From positions 62,001-126,000 of IMG/VR virus record IMGVR_UViG_3300024999_000030: a DNA stretch of 64,000 nucleotides. One strand, written 5' to 3'. The stretch's first letter is position 1, and each line of letters opens with the position of its first letter. Below are positions 29,321 to 37,394 of this stretch, piece by piece. Below the pieces are notes generated by a model, which did no database searches, was not told the origin of the DNA, and saw only the letters and a list, made by a program, of their open reading frames with translations. Made by a program: the position numbers and the translations under genes.

Positions 29321-31207
29321 ATGTCAGATTACTTAGGTCCTCTCCAGAATCCACCCCCAGCCAGAAGTGATGGCATAGGTATAAAATTGTCTTCTGGTAA
29401 TGTTTTATTTGCTGGTGGGTGGGGAATAGATGGAACTTTAATATCTAGCTCTGTTATATATAATATCATAGACAATGGTTTTTATTCCGTTGGGGACCTT
29501 AACGTCTCACGCGCATATGGTCCTCCAGCAATTTTACTTGATGATGGAAACGTATTGGTGGTTGGTGGTTTGACTGGTTCCGATCCCACCTGGCTTAGCA
29601 CAGCATCTTGTGAATTATATAATCCAAATACTGGTCTTTGGACTTTTACTGGCTCCTTGTCTATATCAAGGCAATTTCACGCCATAGTTAAACTTATTGA
29701 TGGTAGGGTATTGGCCATAGGTGGTTCTACCACAGATGGTGGCGGAGGTAGTTTAGACACCTGTGAGATATATGATCCTATTTTGGGAACCTGGTCGCCT
29801 GCGGGCTCATTAAATATTTCTCGTGATGCTGTTGCAGCGGTGAGATTAGTGTCTGGTAAAATATTGGTAGCTAGCTGGAACGAAACCTCTAGTGAAACAT
29901 ATGATCCAGATACAGACACATGGTCAATTGTGGGAGATTTATCTTTACCGCCCCAAAATTCAATAAATTTAAATTTACTAAATAACAATACCGTATTATC
30001 TTCATGTACAGGAACAGACACTTGTGAATTATTTGATCCCAACTCTAACACGTGGTCTGTTACTGGTTCACTCTCTGCTGTGCGATTTTGGGGGGGGGCA
30101 GTTAAACTTTCTGATGGAAATGTTTTAGTTTTTGGGGGCACAACTACTTCAGACTTTACTGGAATTTTAGATTCAGCAGAAATATATAATGTGGCTAGCG
30201 GAACCTGGTCTTTAACAGGATCTATGAATGTTCCAAGAATGGAATTGGGACAAGTAGCCGCTAGCGTACAATATGCCCTTTTAGATGACAATACGGTATT
30301 GGTTTATGGTGGTTGGGGCGGACTTCCAGATGTTCTTCCACTTAGTACTGCAGAAATTTACTATCCTGATTTAGGTACATGGGGACTAGATTCTTATTCA
30401 CCTTGTCTTTCTCCGACTATTGACACACAACCATCAGGGGAAACTATTTCCCTTGGAGATACGGCAATTTTAACTGTGGTGGCGAGTGGCACGTTATCAT
30501 TGTCTTACCAATGGTACGAAGGCCTTAGTGGAGATACGTCAACTCCAGTCGGAACAGATTCAAACACATATACAACTCCAGCTTTAACCACAGAAACCAA
30601 CTATTGGGTAAGGGTTACTGGTCAATGTGATCCACCTGCTGATAGCACTACGGCAACTATAAGTATAAATTCGGAACCATATTTGACTATTATTTCTAAT
30701 GTTTTTGATGGTCCCCCTACTCTTCAAGCAACATGGCCCACTAAAACAATTGTTAATTGTGTGTGGGCGGCTAATGAAGAAATTATAGTTAGTACACCAA
30801 ACACGTTTTTAGTGCCCACTATAGATGCAACATATTCTGTAATTTTAACAGCCTCTGATAGCTCAGTGGGAATTCCAAATGATATTGATGTGACTGTTTC
30901 ATATGTTGATATGAATTTTGAATTAATTACATATAATTCTATTGCTAATGCCTCTAATATAAGTCGTTATGCTACTTTTATTTTTGATATTATAGAAACT
31001 CATGGAAAATATTTTCCACTATCATATGTTAATTTTTCTATATATCAAAATGGAGCCGTAATAGAAGATTTAACAAAAACTTCATCGGAAGTTTCTTATT
31101 CAGAAATATCTAATGGCTGGCGTTTTGTTATTAATGGCGGAGAGATTAAACATAGATTTAAATCTGGTTCCAATATTACAGTCACAATTAACGTTGCTAA
31201 TAATTAA
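29321..31207 (+). CDS. Kelch (7-blade) propeller + Ig-like domain + C-terminal anchor domain; candidate receptor-binding protein
   Basis: Seven Kelch-type blades (VLxxGG...EIYDP..GTW...GSL..R). Then PTIDTQP...SYQWYEG...YWVRVTGQC, an Ig-like domain. The C-terminal domain is shared with 33902..35470. Confidence 0.85.
   Translation: MSDYLGPLQNPPPARSDGIGIKLSSGNVLFAGGWGIDGTLISSSVIYNIIDNGFYSVGDLNVSRAYGPPAILLDDGNVLVVGGLTGSDPTWLSTASCELYNPNTGLWTFTGSLSISRQFHAIVKLIDGRVLAIGGSTTDGGGGSLDTCEIYDPILGTWSPAGSLNISRDAVAAVRLVSGKILVASWNETSSETYDPDTDTWSIVGDLSLPPQNSINLNLLNNNTVLSSCTGTDTCELFDPNSNTWSVTGSLSAVRFWGGAVKLSDGNVLVFGGTTTSDFTGILDSAEIYNVASGTWSLTGSMNVPRMELGQVAASVQYALLDDNTVLVYGGWGGLPDVLPLSTAEIYYPDLGTWGLDSYSPCLSPTIDTQPSGETISLGDTAILTVVASGTLSLSYQWYEGLSGDTSTPVGTDSNTYTTPALTTETNYWVRVTGQCDPPADSTTATISINSEPYLTIISNVFDGPPTLQATWPTKTIVNCVWAANEEIIVSTPNTFLVPTIDATYSVILTASDSSVGIPNDIDVTVSYVDMNFELITYNSIANASNISRYATFIFDIIETHGKYFPLSYVNFSIYQNGAVIEDLTKTSSEVSYSEISNGWRFVINGGEIKHRFKSGSNITVTINVANN
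30090..30098 (+). repeat. G9 homopolymer inside the Kelch gene
   Basis: ttt tgg ggg ggg gca; the longest G run seen in this AT-rich window. Confidence 0.9.
31097..31138 (+). repeat. 42-bp near-identical direct repeat, copy 1 (partner 35357..35398)
   Basis: tattcagaaatatc(t/c)aatgg(c/g)tggcgtttt(g/a)ttattaatggc; 3 mismatches. Confidence 0.85.
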
Positions 31208-31224
31208 AAAATAGGGAGATAGGC

Positions 31225-33888
31225 ATGTCAACGTGGTATATGGATTATGAAAATGGATTAGATGCTACTACCGCCACTCCATATGGATGGTGGAGCGTAG
31301 CGGTAACTGTCACTGGAGGTAGTAGTCCCGTCGCTGGTGACAAGATGACGGGACAAACCAGTGCCAAGGTAGCTTATCTCACAGTGACTCCTGGTGCGTG
31401 GGCTGGCGTAGTTACCTGCTATTTCTATGGGAGGAGTGGGACTTTCGTAGCAGAAAACGTCACCTACGGGAATGAAGGTGGTGGTCCTGGAACTGGTACT
31501 GGATCTATTGCTGGTGATTTGACTTACTGTGCTTGGAAAACCATAACCAACGGAGCCACAGCAGCTAGGATTGCTCCAGGAGACACCATTAGAATAGCAA
31601 AAAGCCTTGCTCCAATTTTAATTTCTGGGGGAGATTGTTCATGGACAGGTGTGACAAATGTTGGTGGAGTTGTTACCGGAACAAAAACTATTAATGCAGC
31701 TACCAATGCCTCTCCCATTGAAATAACAACTATTACAAATCATGGTTACATAACTGGAGACATAGTTCAAATTATAGGAAATACTGTTAATACAGCAGCA
31801 AATGGGGCTTGGGTAATAACCTATGTATCAGATACTAAATTTACACTTGATAATTCAGTGGGAAATGGGGTCGGTGGAGCCGGAACTTCTCGTTTAGTAA
31901 ATGTTAAAGCAGTAAAATTAACCACAGCCCAAACAACAACCATTGATAGATGTGAAGTTGCTTGGACTGTAGACAACACATCCACCGTAACCCGCACCGC
32001 AGTCACCACTCAAGCTAAAGAGGGTGGAGCCTGCATGAAAATTACTAAAGCCACTTATGCGATAAATACATTATATGCACATAAAACTATAACCTCTGTT
32101 GATTTATCCTCTAAGCAAAAAATAACTTTTTGGATTTACAATAGTGCAGCCACCCTAGCAACTCATTGGGTTATTAAATTATGTTCAGATACTGCTGGAG
32201 TCACTGCCGTCGATACGTTTACTCTTCCAGCAATTCCATCTATAAATGTGTGGGTTCCTTTAACTTTAACTAGAGATGGGGGTGGAAATCTTAGTGGAGC
32301 CGGAGGTGGACCAACTAACATTCAATCCATTGCTTTGTATACCGGATCAGTGGTTCCTACTGCGGCTTCATATCTTTATTTAGATAATTTTGAAGCAGCC
32401 ACCAGTACTGGTTTAAATCTCCAAAGCCTTATAAGTAAAAATTCGACAGAACAAGACGGAGATGAGGCTTGGTATGCCATACAAAGCATTAATGGGCGAG
32501 TTGTTTTATTAGAAACAGATCCGTCAACTAAACCAGATTCCATCATTGAGAGGGGTTATTCGGGAGACACAGAAATTGTTCCCACTTACACAAGGGAAAC
32601 TATTAAAACAACATTATCGACCAGTCTTACTGCTAGTGTTCAAGAAATACAGGAGAGTGGAACATCAGGAAATAATATTCAATATCAGGGGGGATATGAC
32701 ACTAATACCAACCTGCAAACTGGGGAAACATTTTTTGATGGATTAAATGGTTTAGGTCGAGGTCTTTTTTCAACAAGCAAAGATTATATAACTCTTAATT
32801 ATTTGAATTTTTATAGATATAATTATGGAACATATTTACTTAGCTGTGATTATTGGAATTTCCAAAACATTAACAACTGTAGTAATAATGGCTCTGGTGG
32901 AGGATATTGGAGTTCTTTTACAAATGGCATAGGCTCTCTTGGATTTTTCAATAATAATGGTGGGATAGGTTTAGATTTTAACAGTAGTAGTCAAGGTAAT
33001 TTATTCACTCTTTTAAAGGGTGTTAGTAATAATACTTCTTATGGTTTGATGATTAATGCATCAGATAATAATGATTTTTCATTAATATCTAATCTTAACA
33101 ATAATAGCTATGGTCTATATTCTATAAATAGTGCGGCTCGTAATAATATACACACTATTACAAATGCAAATTACAATAGTACGTCTGGAATATTTATACA
33201 AAGCATTACAGAGGACGTATTTAATACAATAACTCAAGCAAATTATAATGGACAATATGGTTTACAAATATCCACGGTTTCCCTTAATAATAAGGTTTAT
33301 TCTATTACCACAACTGGTAACGGCACCAATGGTATTTATGTTGCCGTTGGGCCAAATTATGTTTCCAATGCTCTTTGTGCAGAGGGCCTGCCAAGTGCCC
33401 CAATAACCACTGCACTTAATTATCGAGTTTATTTTCCAAAATGGGGGCAAGCAATAGATAGTCATTATTTCTTTACTGATGCGGCAATCGTGAATACTGT
33501 AACTACAGACCCAGAAAGACACACGGCCACTGGAATTGCTTGGAAAATGGCAATTACTGGATCATCTAGAAATAGTTGGTATCCCCTAAAACTTTCTATT
33601 GCTAAGGTGGCCGTACTAAATTCTGGATTAGTTACTGCTCGTGTGTGGGTTAAGAAAACCCATGCAACAAATATTTCTGCTAAATTGTTTATTCAGGGGA
33701 ATCAACTGTCGGGTGTTCCAGAAGATTTAATAGCCACTAAAGCAGACGATGTGAATTACGAAGAATTAACTTTAACTTTTACTCCTTCGGAAACTGGCGT
33801 TATCGAAATTGAATGTTGGGTATGGTCAAATACAGCTTCAATAGTTGATTCTGTATATGCAGACGACTTTACAGTAACGCAAGCGTAA
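31225..33888 (+). CDS. Tailspike/fibre-like protein with parallel beta-helix (about 8 Asn-rich 24-aa coils) and jelly-roll/CBM-like domains
   Basis: Contains INAATNASPIEITT..NHGY.TGD.VQI, a phage tail FCCH-like module. About 24-aa repeats end N..YG/SG/NG (e.g. TITNANYNSTSGIFI, TITQANYNGQYGLQI). C-terminal ARVWVKK...FTPSETGVIEIECW...YADDF is jelly-roll-like. Confidence 0.7.
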   Translation: MSTWYMDYENGLDATTATPYGWWSVAVTVTGGSSPVAGDKMTGQTSAKVAYLTVTPGAWAGVVTCYFYGRSGTFVAENVTYGNEGGGPGTGTGSIAGDLTYCAWKTITNGATAARIAPGDTIRIAKSLAPILISGGDCSWTGVTNVGGVVTGTKTINAATNASPIEITTITNHGYITGDIVQIIGNTVNTAANGAWVITYVSDTKFTLDNSVGNGVGGAGTSRLVNVKAVKLTTAQTTTIDRCEVAWTVDNTSTVTRTAVTTQAKEGGACMKITKATYAINTLYAHKTITSVDLSSKQKITFWIYNSAATLATHWVIKLCSDTAGVTAVDTFTLPAIPSINVWVPLTLTRDGGGNLSGAGGGPTNIQSIALYTGSVVPTAASYLYLDNFEAATSTGLNLQSLISKNSTEQDGDEAWYAIQSINGRVVLLETDPSTKPDSIIERGYSGDTEIVPTYTRETIKTTLSTSLTASVQEIQESGTSGNNIQYQGGYDTNTNLQTGETFFDGLNGLGRGLFSTSKDYITLNYLNFYRYNYGTYLLSCDYWNFQNINNCSNNGSGGGYWSSFTNGIGSLGFFNNNGGIGLDFNSSSQGNLFTLLKGVSNNTSYGLMINASDNNDFSLISNLNNNSYGLYSINSAARNNIHTITNANYNSTSGIFIQSITEDVFNTITQANYNGQYGLQISTVSLNNKVYSITTTGNGTNGIYVAVGPNYVSNALCAEGLPSAPITTALNYRVYFPKWGQAIDSHYFFTDAAIVNTVTTDPERHTATGIAWKMAITGSSRNSWYPLKLSIAKVAVLNSGLVTARVWVKKTHATNISAKLFIQGNQLSGVPEDLIATKADDVNYEELTLTFTPSETGVIEIECWVWSNTASIVDSVYADDFTVTQA

Positions 33889-33901
33889 ATGAGGTAATTG
33901 A

Positions 33902-35470
33902 ATGTCTCTGCCTGGTAGCAACGATTTAATTGGAATGGATTATGCCTTTGAAGCACAACCGTTTGTCCAAATTCCAGCCAAAGCAGAGGCAGGTCCATTA
34001 GATTTATCTTTTAACGCAGAACCCTTTTTACCAGCAAACTTACCAATTAATATATATGGCGATTCATCTGGCTGCACTAGCGTAGCTCTATCTACTGATG
34101 TATATGACGTTTATCGGTGGCAAACTTCTCCTGACAATTCCACTTGGTCTGATATTGTTTTGGCTACAAGTTCAACTTATTCAGTAGTCTCCACTGCTTA
34201 CTATAGGATTTCTGCCAGGGTTACAATTTCTGATCCGTGGCTTTATTCCAATGGATTGTTTGTAACTATTTATGTTGCCCCAATAATGGGTATAATTGGA
34301 GATTCCTCTGATTGTACGTCAGTCACTTTAACGGCAACTGGTTCTGACATTGTTACTTATCAATGGGCTAAAGATGGTAATCCTATTGGTGTAAATAGTG
34401 ATACATATGTTGCCACTGAAAGTGGATCATACACTGTGGCTGGAACCAATTCTAACGGTTGTTATGGAATCTCATCTACTCATGCGGTTGTCATTTATAG
34501 TTTTCCGACTATTTCTATTATTGGAGATGCTTCTGGTTGCGATTCTATATCTCTTTCTACGGCCTCTTCTGGTGTAAATTCTTATCAATGGAAATTAGAT
34601 GGAGTTATTATTAGTGGAGCGGAAAGCAGTACATATATAGCAACTGTAAGTGGTAATTATACTGTTGTCGGAACAAGTGTAAATTCATGCGCTATGGAAT
34701 CGAATAGTCACGCTGTAATTGTGTATGTTGCGCCATCCGCGCCGACAATCAATGTGTCTTTTTATACATTATCCGTACCAGATATTTACATTTCTTATCA
34801 GTGGCGCTTGGAAGGCGTTGATATTTTTAGTGCAACTACTTTTACATATTTAGCTGGATTACCTGGTAATTATTCGGTATTGGTGACCGATTCTAATGGA
34901 TGTTCTGTGATTTCTGAGGAAGTTTATCTTACTATGGATGCATATATTTCCATAACACCAGATTCATTGGGTCCAGCAACATTATCTGCATTATGGCCTG
35001 GTAAAACTATTGCTAGAACTTATTGGTTTTTAGATAATATTATGTTATTTGACACAACAGAAGAGTTATTTTTACCGACAGCTCCAGGATATTATAAAGC
35101 GGCAATGCAATCGATTGATAATTTTACAACTATGACGTCAAATATTTATGTTGCAAGTTCTTATGTTAATCAAGAGCCAGGATTAATATTAAATGGTTCA
35201 GTCTCAACTGGATCAATATTAAGTAGATATACTGATATTATGTTTGATGTAATAGATTCTACTGATAGGGCTATTCCTATTTCGTATATTAATTTCTTTG
35301 TATATCAGAATGGAGGTCTCTTAGAAACTCTTACTAAAGACTCCTCTTATGTGTCATATTCAGAAATATCCAATGGGTGGCGTTTTATTATTAATGGCCC
35401 TACCGTTAATCCCAAATATAGATTCAAAAATGGATCTGTCATAGAAGTAAAAGTTATGATAACCAATTGA
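33902..35470 (+). CDS. Tandem Ig/PKD-like repeat stalk protein with shared C-terminal anchor domain
   Basis: Repeats C.S(V/I)(T/S)L...YQW..DG..I.....Y.AT.SG.YTV....NGC. The C-terminal domain (~80 aa aligned by eye) is paralogous to that of 29321..31207. Confidence 0.75.
   Translation: MSLPGSNDLIGMDYAFEAQPFVQIPAKAEAGPLDLSFNAEPFLPANLPINIYGDSSGCTSVALSTDVYDVYRWQTSPDNSTWSDIVLATSSTYSVVSTAYYRISARVTISDPWLYSNGLFVTIYVAPIMGIIGDSSDCTSVTLTATGSDIVTYQWAKDGNPIGVNSDTYVATESGSYTVAGTNSNGCYGISSTHAVVIYSFPTISIIGDASGCDSISLSTASSGVNSYQWKLDGVIISGAESSTYIATVSGNYTVVGTSVNSCAMESNSHAVIVYVAPSAPTINVSFYTLSVPDIYISYQWRLEGVDIFSATTFTYLAGLPGNYSVLVTDSNGCSVISEEVYLTMDAYISITPDSLGPATLSALWPGKTIARTYWFLDNIMLFDTTEELFLPTAPGYYKAAMQSIDNFTTMTSNIYVASSYVNQEPGLILNGSVSTGSILSRYTDIMFDVIDSTDRAIPISYINFFVYQNGGLLETLTKDSSYVSYSEISNGWRFIINGPTVNPKYRFKNGSVIEVKVMITN
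35357..35398 (+). repeat. 42-bp near-identical direct repeat, copy 2 (partner 31097..31138)
   Basis: Encodes YSEISNGWRF(I/V)ING in both genes. Confidence 0.85.
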
Positions 35471-35477
35471 GGATAAT

Positions 35478-37358
35478 ATGGCTTTAGAAATTGTTTTTAC
35501 TTGGTCGGATAATCCAGAGTTTCGTTGTGTAACAGCTACTGCTACAGATGGATATAGTTCTTATTTATGGAACAATGGAGAAACTGACAGAATTATTACA
35601 ATTACGGAAGATGGTTTATATTATGTAACGGCTGATGCTGAAGAATCTCAACATTATTATATAGATATTAGCGCTAATATTATTAATTCAGAATTGTCTT
35701 TTTCTTTTTCCATTGAATCTATCAACTCTTTACCACCAGGTAAATATGTTTTTGAATATGATACCGGTTTAGATATTAAAATGAAAAAAACTGGTCGTTC
35801 TTTATATTTAGGATCATCTTCATCTCAAATGAAGTATGACTTAGCCCCTCATCTTGGAATTTCAAAACCAAAATATGATTCGGGATATACTTACGATTCG
35901 TATTATCCAGCCGATGCCATTCTCTTAGAGCAGCGTCTTTTGGATAAATCATTTAATAATGATTTGATTTCTAATTCTTTAGGTATTAGTCCAATTAAAA
36001 CTAATAATAGATTGGCTCCATTTATCGATTCAGGCAGACATAATCTTATGGTCGTTCATTTTGATGATTGTTTTGATAATTTTGCACCATTTTATCCATT
36101 ATATTCTGGTGTTTTCTTAGCAGACTCTTTGTTCGGTCAAGCAGGAGTGTTTAGTGGCACGCCCCTGATTGTTCCAAATGTGAAATATTTTAGTGCAACA
36201 ACTGGATCTATACAGTTATGGGCTAAAAGACTCTGTAAAACCAGAGGAACCAAATACTATATAGTTGACATGCAGCCTTTTGTCGGCTCTAATAATTTAG
36301 CTGCTTCTTTTTCCCTTTATATCGATGAGATTGATAATTTAACATTTGAAATTATAGGTTTTACTCCTATATCGGGAACAAATTCTGTACGTACAGATAA
36401 ATATGTAATTCATTGTCCTTTATCCACTAAAGATTTAAATGGCAATGAATATAATCATATAGCTATTACATGGAATAATTCCTCCTCCCCGACTGAAAAT
36501 TTCATGAGACTATATCTTAATGGAGAGTTGCGTAGTTTACTTAAATATGACACAGGCGCTACATTTGGTATTGACGAGGTTACAGCTGAAGAGAGATTGT
36601 TTGGAGATTATGCTGATTCTACATTTATTGGTGGAGATGCCCAAACCCACGAAGTGAAAGCTAGGGTTAATAAGTTTATTGTGGAAAAGTTAGGTGGTAT
36701 CGTAGATCCAAGCACGATTACGATAGGGAATCCCACAGGAAGTAAATTTTCAAGAACCATATCTGGTTTAGAGAGCTTCTTTAATCAATTTATTGATGGC
36801 GTGTCGTATCAAATAGCAACATATGAAAATGAAACATTTACAGTATCCAATCAGGTTTATGGTGGTACTTTTTATGATTGGTTGGGATTAATGAATGAGC
36901 AACCCACTCAAAAATATAATACTGAACCTACAGATTGGCTAGATACTGTTAAAAGTAAAGCTGCGGTAAAGGAAATTAGTGGACAATTTATTGACAATGC
37001 CTCTGATTTTACTCATATTTATATTGGGGAAGATATTAATGGTTTGTATCCTGGTCAAGTTCTCATTGATCAATTGGCCATTACGAATGCTCCGCTTTCA
37101 ACTGCAGAGGTGGCTGCTTTTAAACGTCAGCAACCTGTTTCAATAAGCGACAGTAGAGTAACACTTGGATATGATTTTAATATTGCCGCCATTGAAGCTA
37201 TGACATTTACTAATTTGCAGGACGAATATGGTCGTAATTTTGAGTTTATTGTTAACGTGCTAAATCCTTTCAGTTTTCCATTAGATAAGGCATTGATTAC
37301 AAATCTTATCTCAATGGTTAAACCAGCTAATAGTACGGCTTTTGTGAATTTTGCTTAA
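35478..37358 (+). CDS. LamG/concanavalin-like virion protein ending in a KPA-type wedge motif
   Basis: TGSIQLWAKR, YNHIAITWNN, MRLYLNGE and IDQLAITNAPLS are LamG pattern elements. C-terminus LITNLISMVKPANSTAFVNF. Confidence 0.65.
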   Translation: MALEIVFTWSDNPEFRCVTATATDGYSSYLWNNGETDRIITITEDGLYYVTADAEESQHYYIDISANIINSELSFSFSIESINSLPPGKYVFEYDTGLDIKMKKTGRSLYLGSSSSQMKYDLAPHLGISKPKYDSGYTYDSYYPADAILLEQRLLDKSFNNDLISNSLGISPIKTNNRLAPFIDSGRHNLMVVHFDDCFDNFAPFYPLYSGVFLADSLFGQAGVFSGTPLIVPNVKYFSATTGSIQLWAKRLCKTRGTKYYIVDMQPFVGSNNLAASFSLYIDEIDNLTFEIIGFTPISGTNSVRTDKYVIHCPLSTKDLNGNEYNHIAITWNNSSSPTENFMRLYLNGELRSLLKYDTGATFGIDEVTAEERLFGDYADSTFIGGDAQTHEVKARVNKFIVEKLGGIVDPSTITIGNPTGSKFSRTISGLESFFNQFIDGVSYQIATYENETFTVSNQVYGGTFYDWLGLMNEQPTQKYNTEPTDWLDTVKSKAAVKEISGQFIDNASDFTHIYIGEDINGLYPGQVLIDQLAITNAPLSTAEVAAFKRQQPVSISDSRVTLGYDFNIAAIEAMTFTNLQDEYGRNFEFIVNVLNPFSFPLDKALITNLISMVKPANSTAFVNFA

Positions 37359-37360
37359 AA

Positions 37361-37372
37361 CTATTAATAAAA
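37361..37372 (+). promoter_or_regulatory. Candidate late promoter CTATTAATAAAA
   Basis: Intergenic, 2 nt after the upstream stop. The core ends 25 nt before the ATG at 37395. Confidence 0.55.
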
Positions 37373-37394
37373 TACTAATCTTTGGGGATGAAAT

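Noticed and set aside
31097-35398. Diversity-generating retroelement TR/VR pair
   Set aside because: The mismatches (T/C, C/G, G/A) are not adenine-specific, both copies are coding, and no reverse transcriptase is in the window.
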